DNA of 32,000 bases. It comes from Vibrio vulnificus CMCP6. GTDB taxonomy: Bacteria > Pseudomonadota > Gammaproteobacteria > Enterobacterales > Vibrionaceae. The stretch lies in the NCBI RefSeq assembly GCF_000039765.1, contig NC_004459.3:1290001-1322000 (forward strand). The letters are read 5' to 3'. The notes under the pieces were generated by a model that ran no database searches, had not been told where the DNA came from, and worked only from the letters and a program-made list of their open reading frames with translations. Each line of letters begins with the position of its first letter. The first letter of the stretch is position 1. Both the position numbers and the translations under genes were made by a program. Of the stretch, positions 10,637-19,886 are shown piece by piece.

Positions 10637-10806
10637 TCCTGATCGCGATCACCTTTCTTAACATTTTCTTCATCTTTTTTTGCTTTTGCGATGAGTGAAA
10701 AACTATTCGCGCCGTTCTGCATTCTGTTTTCATTTTTCTTACCACATCAGCAAGCTTCTGCACTTTTTAAAAAAGTGCTTCAATAATTTACCAACTTGAT
10801 GCATAA

Positions 10807-10827
10807 ATAGTCATTAATAGTGACTAT
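10807..10827. promoter_or_regulatory. Small inverted repeat upstream of argD/astC (possible operator)
   Basis: ATAGTCA-N7-TGACTAT, perfect 7-bp arms in the AT-rich promoter region. Confidence 0.35.
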
Positions 10828-10986
10828 CAGGATTTGCACCCCGAACCAAAAAGAATAAATCACTATTGAAATCGTTAATTAATTGTAAATACAATGCCGC
10901 ATCAGCGTAAATGCAAGACAATATTTGCCGAACAGTGAAAGTCGGTGTAATTCGCTATCTGCTGCGGTATCGAGAGGGAATGTGTA

Positions 10987-12198
10987 ATGACAGTGGAAAT
11001 GAAAGTAGAGCGTGGATTGTTCGATGAGGTGATGGTGCCTTGTTACAACCCAATGGAGATGATTCCAGTTAAAGGGCAGGGCTCTCGAATTTGGGACCAA
11101 AACGGTAACGAGTATATCGACTTTGCTGGTGGTATTGCGGTGAGCTGTTTAGGTCATTGTCACCCAGTGATGGTGAACGCACTGACAGAGCAAGCGGGTA
11201 AGCTTTGGCATTTGAGCAACGTTATGACCAATGAGCCAGCGTTGCGTTTGGCAAAAAAACTGACCGAAGTGAGCTTTGCTGAACGTGTGTTCTTTGCCAA
11301 CTCAGGCGCGGAAGCCAACGAAGCCGCACTGAAACTGGCGCGCCGTTATGCCGCAGATGTTTATGGCCCAGAAAAATCAGAAATCATCGCGTTTAAACAA
11401 GGTTTCCACGGACGTACTTTCTTCACCGTGACGGTGGGTGGTCAGGCGGCGTACTCGGATGGTTTTGGTCCGAAACCGGGCGACGTTACTCACCTTCCTT
11501 ACAACGATATTGAAGCACTGCAAGCACACATTTCAGACCGTACCTGTGCGGTCATGATGGAACCGTTACAAGGCGAAGGCGGCATCATTCCACCAACAGC
11601 GGAATTCATTCAAGCCGTGCGTGAACTGTGTGACAAACACAATGCGCTGCTGGTATTTGATGAAGTGCAAACGGGCAATGGCCGTACGGGCGAGTTCTAT
11701 GCTTACCAAGGTCTGGGCGTCACGCCCGATATTCTCAGCACGGCAAAATCGCTTGGTGGTGGTTTCCCTATCGGCGCTATGCTCACCACAGCGAAACTGG
11801 CTGAACACCTAAAAGTGGGCACGCATGGTTCAACCTATGGCGGTAACCCATTGGCTTGTGCCGTGGCAGAGGCTGTGGTCACAGAAGTGTCTAAACCTGA
11901 AACGCTACAAGGCGTGAAAGAACGTGAACAGTGGTTCCGTGAAGGATTAGCTAAACTGAATGAGAAATACCAAATCTTCGCTGAAATCCGTGGTAAGGGA
12001 TTATTGCTTGGTGCTGCACTGAATGAACAATGGAAAGGCCGTGCTCGTGATGTGTTGGTAGCTGCAGGCAAAGAAGGTTTATTAGTGTTGGTGGCGGGCG
12101 CAAACGTGGTGCGTTTCACACCTTCACTGGTCATTACTAAACAAGAAATCGAAGAAGGTTTCGCGAAGCTAGACAAAGCGATCGCTTCTCTAGTCTAA
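10987..12198 (+). CDS. argD: Acetylornithine/succinylornithine aminotransferase (class III PLP)
   Basis: [41 protein letters not shown] and [16 protein letters not shown]; followed by astA/astD, so may act as astC. Confidence 0.93.
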
Positions 12199-12212
12199 GC
12201 GCTGCTTATGCC

Positions 12213-12244
12213 GAACATTCACCCATGGAAGCGGGTGAATGTTC
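12213..12244. repeat. Perfect 12-bp inverted repeat downstream of argD/astC
   Basis: GAACATTCACCC - 8 nt - GGGTGAATGTTC; no clear U-tract. Confidence 0.85.
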
Positions 12245-12286
12245 GATGCCTTTCCTAGGAGCTAACGCATAGAACCTAGGGCCTTC

Positions 12287-12412
12287 TATCCCCTTACTAT
12301 TTGAAGTTGCAGGCGCGTTGGCTATGCTCGTTCCCCTAATCACATAGTCTATCTATGCTGATGGGGATGAACTCACTTACCGCCTACCTGCAACGTCAAT
12401 TCGTTTGGGTAT
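12287..12412. repeat. ERIC-like (IRU) imperfect palindromic repeat, ~126 bp
   Basis: The two halves are imperfect inverse complements (TATCCCC..TTGAAGTTGCAGG...TCCCCTAATCACATAG / CTATGCTGATGGGGA...CCTGCAACGTCAA..GGGTAT). Reverse strand reads GTGATTAGGGGAACGAGCATAGCCAACGC, close to the ERIC core GTGACTGGGGTGAGCGAGCGCAGCCAACGC. Length matches the classical ~127 bp. Confidence 0.87.
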
Positions 12413-12433
12413 GTGCATCTGGAGGGAGTATTG

Positions 12434-13453
12434 ATGCTAGTTGTTCGCCCTATTGCAATGTCGGACTATGAATCTTTGCACACCTGCGCTGTTGAGTCAG
12501 GGCATGGATTCACTTCTCTACCGGTTAACGAAGAGTTGTTAACCAATCGAATCAAACATTCTGAATACAGTTTTGCCAAAGCCAATGTGACCGAACCCGG
12601 TGACGAAGGCTATCTGATGGTCGGTTTTGACAGTGAAACGGGTGAGGTTGCGGGAACTACAGGTATCGAAGCCTCAATTGGCTGGGATGTGCCGTTTTAC
12701 TCGTATCACATCAGCAAGATTGTTCACTCATCGCCGAAATTAGGCGTTAACAATGTCGTGAAACTGCTGACCTTTGGCAATAACTACACCGGTTGTAGCG
12801 AAATTTGTACCCTATTTTTGCGCGAGAAGTTTCGTCAAGGTTTGAATGGTCGCCTGATGTCTAAGTGCCGTTTTCTGATGATGGCAGAGCATCCACACCG
12901 TTTCTCTCAAACCATTTTTGCCGAAATGCGCGGTGTTTCTGATGCGCAAGGCAATTCGCCATTTTGGCAGTGGTTGCAAGAGCACTTTTTCTCAATCGAT
13001 TTCACCATGGCGGATTACCTTACGGGTATCGGTAAGAAAGGTTTTATTGCCGATTTAATGCCAAAGCTGCCGATCTACATCAACCTGCTCAGCCCAGAGG
13101 CGCAAGCGGTGATTGGTCAAGTGCATGACAACACAAGACCTGCGTTGAAGTTGTTGGAAAGAGAAGGGTTTACCAACCGCGGTTATGTCGACATTTTCGA
13201 TGGTGGTCCAACGGTGGAATGCGATTTGCGCAATATTGAATCGGTGCGCCATTCCGTACGTGCGAAAGTGCGGATCAGTGAGCATTCGAGCTCAAAAGCG
13301 TTCTTAATTGCCAATACTTCATTTGAGGATTTTCGTGCGACTGCCGCCAAAGCAGCGTATGACCCAGCAACATCAAGCGTGATTTTATCTCCAGCCGTCG
13401 CCGAAGCGTTGAACGTTGAAGATGGTCACTACGTACGCATGTTGCCGCAGTAA
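12434..13453 (+). CDS. astA: Arginine N-succinyltransferase
   Basis: [15 protein letters not shown]..., [38 protein letters not shown]; located between argD/astC and astD. Confidence 0.95.
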
Positions 13454-13467
13454 ACAGAAAGGAAGAG

Positions 13468-14928
13468 ATGATGACACAGTGGATTGCAGGTGAATGGGTC
13501 GAAGGTTTAGGTGAAGAGTTTACCTCTCTCTCCCCGTATGACAATCAGGTTGTTTGGCGTGGCAAGGGAGCCACGGCGGAACAAGTGGAGATGGCGGTGA
13601 AAGCAGCGCGCCAAGCGTTTGTTGGCTGGAAAACATTGTCCGTTGCCGAGCGAGAGGCGGTGGTGTTGGCCTTTGCTGAGCAAGTGAAAGAGAACAGTGA
13701 AGAGATCGCCCAAGTGATCGCCAAAGAAACCGGCAAGCCGCTTTGGGAAACGCGCACTGAAGCGGCGGCCATGGCGGGTAAAATCGCCATTTCGATTCGT
13801 GCGTACCATGAGCGTACCGGCGAGTCGCAAAAAGAAGCCGCAGGCAACCAGATTGTTTTGCGTCACCGCCCGCTTGGTGTGATGGCGGTCTTTGGCCCGT
13901 ATAACTTCCCGGGTCATTTACCCAATGGTCACATTGTGCCTGCGCTACTAGCCGGTAACACTGTGGTGTTTAAACCTTCTGAGCAAACCCCGTGGACGGG
14001 CGAGCTTGCCATGAAGCTGTGGCAAGCTGCAGGCCTGCCTCAAGGGGTGATCAACCTGGTACAAGGTGGCAAGGAAACGGGCATTGCTTTGGCGGAATCG
14101 AAAGGCATCGATGGTTTGCTGTTTACGGGAAGTGCCAACACAGGTCATTTATTGCATCGCCAGTTTGCTGGTCAGCCGGGCAAGATGCTGGCACTTGAGA
14201 TGGGCGGCAACAACCCTATGGTGATCACCGATCACTATGGCGATCTTGATGCCACCGTCTACACCATTATCCAATCGGCTTTTATCAGTGCCGGGCAGCG
14301 TTGTACCTGTGCACGTCGTCTCTACATCCCATTGGGTGAGAAAGGCGATGCACTGATCACCCGCTTGGTCGAAGCGACCAAGAAGTTGCGTGTTGATCAG
14401 CCATTTGCAGAACCTGCTCCCTTCATGGGACCACAGATTTCGGTGGCTGCTGCAAACTTCATTTTGGCGGCGCAAGCTAACCTGCAATCGCTTGGTGGAG
14501 AGAGCTTGATTGAAGCCAAAGCGGGTGAGGCGGCATTTGTCACGCCGGGTATTATCGATGTCACCAACATTGCTGAGTTGCCCGACGAAGAATACTTTGG
14601 CCCATTGCTGCAAGTGGTGCGTTATCAAACACTAGAGCAAGCGGTTGAGCTCGCCAATGATACCCGCTTTGGTTTATCGGCTGGTTTGGTGTCAACTGAT
14701 GATGGTGAGTGGCAATATTTCGTTGATCATATTCGTGCTGGCATCGTCAATCGTAACCGTCAGCTAACGGGCGCGAGTGGTGATGCTCCGTTTGGTGGCC
14801 CCGGTGCGTCGGGCAACTTGCGCCCAAGTGCGTACTACGCCGCGGATTACTGTGCCTATCCAATGGCTTCGATGGAAGGGGAGGAGACATCACTCCCTGC
14901 AACGTTAAGCCCAGGCGTCGAACTGTAA
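13468..14928 (+). CDS. astD: N-succinylglutamate 5-semialdehyde dehydrogenase
   Basis: ALDH motifs [13 protein letters not shown] and [12 protein letters not shown]; downstream of astA. Confidence 0.95.
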
Positions 14929-15042
14929 AATAATAATAAGGGCGTGTTAGTCGCCCAAGGGTGCAGTGGGATCGAGCCTGAGTCACTGTGGCCCAACTAT
15001 AAGTGAGGTTTTTTACACCTCGGTCATCGCCGTCACAGGTTG

Positions 15043-15090
15043 ATGGCGATGTCGGTTGCACTCTGGACAGCAACCGCCATCGCCATTTTT
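15043..15090 (+). terminator. Terminator-like hairpin in the astD/DUF1338 intergenic leader
   Basis: ATGGCGATG-t-CGGTTGC / GCAACCG-c-CATCGCCAT: 16 paired positions with one mismatch, 10-nt loop, followed by TTTTT. Confidence 0.75.
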
Positions 15091-15140
15091 CCATTTACGC
15101 TATAACCGACAACGTGAATCTACAACAACAAGGAGGCGTT

Positions 15141-15932
15141 ATGACGCCAGCTGTTCTCTTTCAATCGCTATGGAATGACTATATTCAACGTTTGTGTCCT
15201 TCCGCTGCAAAAGTTCATCAACTGCTAGAAGAAGATGAGCCATTGATCAACGACCACATCGCTTTGCGCACATTTAATGTTGCTCCGCTGGGTATCGAGA
15301 CGCTAGCCAAGCCATTTCTAGAGCTCGGCTATGTGGCGTGTGGTGATTACCTGTTTAAGAGCAAAAAGTTGATTGCCAAGCACTTTGAGCATCCCGACCC
15401 GACCCAACCTAAAGTGTTTATCAGCGCACTAAAAGTGGATGAATGCTCGGAGGCGTTACAAGCCATCGTCGAAAAATTGGTGGCGCAAGTCGACGCTTCA
15501 CGTCTAGAAGACAGTGCATTTTTACACGGTGGTCGTTTATGGGATCTGTCGTTTGTTGATTACCAAACCCTAGCAAAAGAAAGTGAATACGCGTCTTGGC
15601 TGGCGGCTCATGGCTATGGTGCCAATCACTTTACCGTCAGTGTCAATCAGCTCAAGGCGTTGGACTCGGTCAAAGGCGTGAATGATCACTTACGCAACGC
15701 AGGCTTTGTCATTAACGAAGTGGGTGGTGAAGTCAAAGGCTCACCTGAGGTGTTGCTCGAGCAATCCTCGACCATGGCCGACAAAGTGGCGGTGCACTTT
15801 AGCGAGGGCAGTGAGATCGTACCTGGTGGTTTCTACGAATTCGCCAAGCGTTACCCGATGGACAATGGTGAGCTTTACCCAGGGTTTGTGGAAGCGTCTG
15901 CCGATAAGATTTTCGAAAGCACTAATGGTTAA
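15141..15932 (+). CDS. DUF1338 family protein (2-oxoadipate dioxygenase/decarboxylase-like)
   Basis: MTPAVLFQSLWNDYIQRLCPSAAKVHQLL..., INDHIALRTFN, WLAAHGYGANHFTVSVN; AGGAGG ribosome-binding site at 15131 just before ATG 15141. Confidence 0.8.
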   Translation: MTPAVLFQSLWNDYIQRLCPSAAKVHQLLEEDEPLINDHIALRTFNVAPLGIETLAKPFLELGYVACGDYLFKSKKLIAKHFEHPDPTQPKVFISALKVDECSEALQAIVEKLVAQVDASRLEDSAFLHGGRLWDLSFVDYQTLAKESEYASWLAAHGYGANHFTVSVNQLKALDSVKGVNDHLRNAGFVINEVGGEVKGSPEVLLEQSSTMADKVAVHFSEGSEIVPGGFYEFAKRYPMDNGELYPGFVEASADKIFESTNG

Positions 15933-16086
15933 CAGAATCGAGAACGGGCTGCGCCCTGAAGGTTCGAGAATGCTTTGCTGTGAGAGATTTTAACACTCGA
16001 AATCTGAGAGGGTTTAGTCTCGAAGGAGGAAGTTTGCTGCTGAAGCGTAGTGCTCTTGACTTCCAATACCTGTCTCTGTGAAACAA

Positions 16087-16118
16087 AAAAGCCACTCATG
16101 TTGCCATGAGTGGCTTTT
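16087..16118. terminator. Bidirectional terminator between the convergent DUF1338 gene and crp
   Basis: 14-bp perfect stem AAAAGCCACTCATG/CATGAGTGGCTTTT with TTGC loop; A-run on the left, T-run on the right. Confidence 0.93.
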
Positions 16119-16142
16119 GAAATTGTTCATCGTTAATGGAAA

Positions 16143-16775
16143 TTAACGAGTACCGTAAACAACGATAGTCTTGCCGTGTGCAGAAATCAGGTTCTGCTCT
16201 TCGAGCATCTTCAAGATACGACCTACTGTCTCACGAGAACAGCCAACGATTTGACCGATTTCTTGACGAGTGATCTTGATCTGCATGCCATCTGGGTGCG
16301 TCATCGCATCTGGTTGTTTAGCCAGATTCAATAGCGTCTGAGCGATACGACCAGTTACGTCTAGGAATGCTAAGTCACCCACTTTTTGGCTGGTTACTTG
16401 CAGACGGCTTGCCATCTGAGCAGATAGACGCATCAGGATGTCAGGGTTGACCTGAATGAGCTGACGGAATTTCTTGAATGAGATTTCTGCGACTTCACAA
16501 GGTGATTTTGCACGAACCCATGCGGTACGCTCTTGACCTTCTTCGAACAGGCCTAGTTCACCAATAAAGTCACCTTGATTTAGGTAAGAAAGGATCATTT
16601 CTTTACCTTCTTCATCCTTAATTAGTACCGCCACAGAACCTTTTACGATGTAGTAAAGCGTTTCTGCTTTTTCGCCCGCATGAATGAGCGTGCTTTTTGA
16701 TGGGTACTTATGAATATGACAGTGTGAAAGAAACCACTCTAGTGTTGGATCGGTTTGAGGTTTACCTAGAACCAT
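16143..16775 (-). CDS. crp: cAMP receptor protein (catabolite activator)
   Basis: 210 aa, near-identical to known Crp: [59 protein letters not shown]...; helix-turn-helix [26 protein letters not shown]. Confidence 0.99.
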   Translation of the reverse strand: MVLGKPQTDPTLEWFLSHCHIHKYPSKSTLIHAGEKAETLYYIVKGSVAVLIKDEEGKEMILSYLNQGDFIGELGLFEEGQERTAWVRAKSPCEVAEISFKKFRQLIQVNPDILMRLSAQMASRLQVTSQKVGDLAFLDVTGRIAQTLLNLAKQPDAMTHPDGMQIKITRQEIGQIVGCSRETVGRILKMLEEQNLISAHGKTIVVYGTR

Positions 16776-16965
16776 AATATCTCACTTCCTCTGCAGGGTA
16801 CGCTTGCCGCTATCCATATTTTAGCGAAGCCTTAATCTTGGCTTCCTAGAATAAGAGCTGTTAACTAAGGCTGCAAGCTATCTTGTGTTTCGGTTTGAAA
16901 TAGTATCCTTTTTCGAAAACGATTTCTTGATTTTAATCGTGCCGAGTATCGGATTTTTTAAGCAA

Positions 16966-16987
16966 AACTGTGCACATGATCACGGTA
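16966..16987. promoter_or_regulatory. Candidate CRP site upstream of crp (possible autoregulation)
   Basis: AACTGTGCACATGATCACGGTA: TGTGC-N6-TCACG, one mismatch to consensus per half-site. Confidence 0.4.
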
Positions 16988-17017
16988 TGAAAAGTAATCG
17001 CTCTCCGTGCTGAGTTT

Positions 17018-17887
17018 TTATCCAATTTTGCCCGTTTCAATCAATTGTTGCAGGATAGGCTGCACAATTAATTCCATAGCAAAACTCATTTTTCCTCCCG
17101 GCACCACAAGGGTGTTGTGGCGTGACATGAACGAGCCATCGATCATCGCCAGTAGGTATGGAAAATCAACGTTTTTGATTCCTCTAAGACGAATCACCAC
17201 AAAGCTTTCATCAAGGCTTGGGATGCCTTTGGCGTTGAGCGGATTGGAGGTGTCGACCGTTGGAACTCGCTGAAAGTTGATGTGAGTACGAGAAAATTGC
17301 GGTGTGATGTAATTCAGATAGTCATCCATTGAGCGCACAATCGAATCCATCACGGCCTCGCGTGAATGGCCGCGATCTCGGGTATCTCGCACGTATTTCT
17401 GTATCCACTCTAAGTTGACGATCGGCACCATGCCTATCAAGAAATCGACGTGTTGCGCGACATTCACTTCGCCATCCACCACGCCACCGTGCAGTCCTTC
17501 ATAAAACAGCACATCGGTATTTTCCGGTAGCTTTTGCCATGGGGTAAAAGTGCCGGGCATTTGGTTATAGGGTACCGCTTCGTCAAACGTGTGCAGATAG
17601 CGGCGCACTTCACCAGTGCCAGATTTACCGTATTGGCGGAAAAATTCGCCTAGAGCTGGGAAATCGTTGGCTTGAGGGCCAAAATAGCTGATATGACGGC
17701 CTTGTTCTTTTGCCTTGCGAATTTCGACGTCCATCTCTGGACGGGTAAAACGGTGGAAGCTATCCCCTTCGACCCATGCGGGCTTGATGCTCATCATATT
17801 GAACATCTTGCGGAAAGCTTCGGAGGTGGTGGTGGTGCCGGCACCGGATGAACCTGTGACGGCTATTATTGGGTGTTTTGCAGACAT
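17018..17887 (-). CDS. prkB: Phosphoribulokinase-like protein
   Basis: P-loop IIAVTGSSGAGTTTTSEAF, EGDSFHRFTRPEMD and FYEGLHGGVV. Start MSAKHPII chosen; the ORF extends to 17947. Confidence 0.92.
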   Translation of the reverse strand: MSAKHPIIAVTGSSGAGTTTTSEAFRKMFNMMSIKPAWVEGDSFHRFTRPEMDVEIRKAKEQGRHISYFGPQANDFPALGEFFRQYGKSGTGEVRRYLHTFDEAVPYNQMPGTFTPWQKLPENTDVLFYEGLHGGVVDGEVNVAQHVDFLIGMVPIVNLEWIQKYVRDTRDRGHSREAVMDSIVRSMDDYLNYITPQFSRTHINFQRVPTVDTSNPLNAKGIPSLDESFVVIRLRGIKNVDFPYLLAMIDGSFMSRHNTLVVPGGKMSFAMELIVQPILQQLIETGKIG

Positions 17888-18015
17888 GACAGACCTTGTC
17901 GTATTCAAACTTACCTGTTGAGCGGGAATCGGCCTCCCGCGGAGCAATCGTTTGTCCCACTATAGCACGTTCACTTTGCTTGTCATGGGATAGGATTCGG
18001 TAAAGTGTGGCGCAG

Positions 18016-18228
18016 CTAGAATTTTTGTTTTAACTGAATATCCACGGTTTCGTGTAACTCAGAGAAAACCACCACCGCTTCACCGCATTCCAGTTGCTGC
18101 TGTACTTGTGCGATTTTTTCTTCTAGTGAGTATTCACTTTCACCGTAATCGGTGCCTTCACGCAGGACAAACTCGCGAATCAAATTGCTCAGTGCCTCAG
18201 GGCTGATTTGTTGCCATGGAACGATCAT
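18016..18228 (-). CDS. yheU: YheU family protein
   Basis: [46 protein letters not shown]; position next to prkB/yheT. Confidence 0.92.
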   Translation of the reverse strand: MIVPWQQISPEALSNLIREFVLREGTDYGESEYSLEEKIAQVQQQLECGEAVVVFSELHETVDIQLKQKF

Positions 18229-18283
18229 AAATACCTCTTTATTCTATGCTCGTGAGTGGATTTGTCGGCCGACAGGGGCGCTA

Positions 18284-19261
18284 TTATCCAGAAACCGCCA
18301 TACTTTCATAGTAGGCGGGCAGCGCTTCTTCTAGCCAAAATCGCGGTTGCAGTGCGGTTCCGCTGAGAAAACCGACATGACCACCGTGATCAAACAGTCG
18401 ATAATCGATGTTGTCTGGGAGCACAAACTTAGGGATCACTGCGTCGGTCATAAAGGGATCGTCTTTCGCGTGAATGATTTGAGTCGGAATGCGAATATCA
18501 CGAAGTTTGTTGAGCCCAGAACACTGCTGATAATAATCGGCGGCATCTTGAAAGCCGTGCAGCGGGGCGGTGATCAAGTCATCAAAGTCGTACAGTCTTG
18601 TTACTCGTTTAATCGCTTGATAGGAAAGATCGAGTTCGCCAGCCAGCAAATGGTGCTTACGCAGTGCATTGCGTTTGAGCGAGGAGAGTAAGTAGCGACG
18701 ATAGACGCGCGAAAACCCTTGCTCAATACGTTGCGAACAAGCGGACAAATCCAGAGGCGCAGAGACGATGGTCGCTGCATCCAGCCGTTCGTCTCCCTGA
18801 TACTTGGCAAGGTAGTTGGCCAGCATATTGCCCCCTAAGGAGATGCCCACGGCGACTTTGACCGTGTGAGGAAACGCGTCGTGCAAATGCGTAAGAAACA
18901 GTCTTGCATCCTCAACTTCGCCGGAGTGGTACGCGCGCGCGAGGCGATTGGGCTTACCGCTGCAACCACGAAAATGCATCATCACCGCCAACCAACCAGC
19001 GTCAGCAAACGCTTTCATTAGACCATTGGCGTAAGGGCTATAGAAGCAGCCTTCAAGGCCGTGAAATAACACAAACAAGGGTTTGTTTTTGGCTTGATCA
19101 TTGTGTGGAGATTCGCTCCAAGCGAGATCCAAAAAATCACCGTCAGGCGTATCCAGCGTTTGCCATAAAGGTTCAAACAAGGCTTTTTTTCGAATTAAGC
19201 GCGGCAATAAGGTTTGTAGGTGTGGATTTTTTATCCCAGCTGCGGCGGTAAACTGAGTCAT
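18284..19261 (-). CDS. yheT: Alpha/beta-fold hydrolase, YheT family
   Basis: NPHLQTLLPRL, LFHGLEGCFYSPYANGL, GISLGGNMLANYL (nucleophile elbow) and DHGGHVGF. Confidence 0.94.
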   Translation of the reverse strand: MTQFTAAAGIKNPHLQTLLPRLIRKKALFEPLWQTLDTPDGDFLDLAWSESPHNDQAKNKPLFVLFHGLEGCFYSPYANGLMKAFADAGWLAVMMHFRGCSGKPNRLARAYHSGEVEDARLFLTHLHDAFPHTVKVAVGISLGGNMLANYLAKYQGDERLDAATIVSAPLDLSACSQRIEQGFSRVYRRYLLSSLKRNALRKHHLLAGELDLSYQAIKRVTRLYDFDDLITAPLHGFQDAADYYQQCSGLNKLRDIRIPTQIIHAKDDPFMTDAVIPKFVLPDNIDYRLFDHGGHVGFLSGTALQPRFWLEEALPAYYESMAVSG

Positions 19262-19406
19262 GTGTGTTGCTCTTTGAGTTATTTGGATCAGCGAGGCATT
19301 TCACTGATCTTTGTATGCGTGATACGAGTTAATTTAGTCCTTCTGCTCAACTTTTCGTCAATCATTGAGGGTAATGTTCTTTGTGAGACGGGCTCAGGAT
19401 CACACT

Positions 19407-19886
19407 TCAACCGAGTTTCTGCGACGGTGAGGCAACGGCGAAGGCGTTGTAGAGATGCGCGGCACCGAGATGTTGGCAGTAGCGCTGTGTGAGCGGCTGT
19501 TGCTGGTTGGGTGACAGCGTTAGGGTGTTGATGCAATCAACGAGATCGGATTGTTGCTGCTTTTCCAATTGCAGTTCAAATTGCAGTGCTTCGCGATAGA
19601 GGGTATCCGGCAGATGCTGTTTAAACTGGCGGCGGAGATCGCGATAGGTATGCAGTAGGGTTTCAGAGCGGCCCAAGCAGGCTTGTACTTGGTGCCACTC
19701 TTGCTCTTGAAACGTCAGTTGTTGTTCATCGAGCCATTTGAACAGCAACAGTAAGTTGACGTTGCCGTTAAAGTTGTTCTGCAAAGCAAGGCACGCCTCT
19801 TTCACTTCTCGAATCGAATAATATTGTAGGCTGAATTGCCACAGCCTTTCGAGGGTAAGTGAAGGTTGGACGTGCTCTGAACTCAT
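19407..19886 (-). CDS. TIGR02444-like family protein (uncharacterised)
   Basis: LWQFSLQYYSIREVKEACLALQNNFNGNVNLLLLFKWL; overlaps the yheS 3' end by 4 bp, suggesting translational coupling. Confidence 0.8.
   Translation of the reverse strand: MSSEHVQPSLTLERLWQFSLQYYSIREVKEACLALQNNFNGNVNLLLLFKWLDEQQLTFQEQEWHQVQACLGRSETLLHTYRDLRRQFKQHLPDTLYREALQFELQLEKQQQSDLVDCINTLTLSPNQQQPLTQRYCQHLGAAHLYNAFAVASPSQKLG

Noticed and set aside
13507-14628. Long antisense ORFs (136, 100 and 159 aa) opposite astD.
   Set aside because: They are mirror frames of a conserved aldehyde dehydrogenase and have no plausible domain or start context.
15052-15076. CTCTGGACAG-like sequence suggesting a glycine riboswitch.
   Set aside because: Only a short resemblance in the loop of a terminator-like hairpin; the rest of the conserved glycine aptamer core is not visible.
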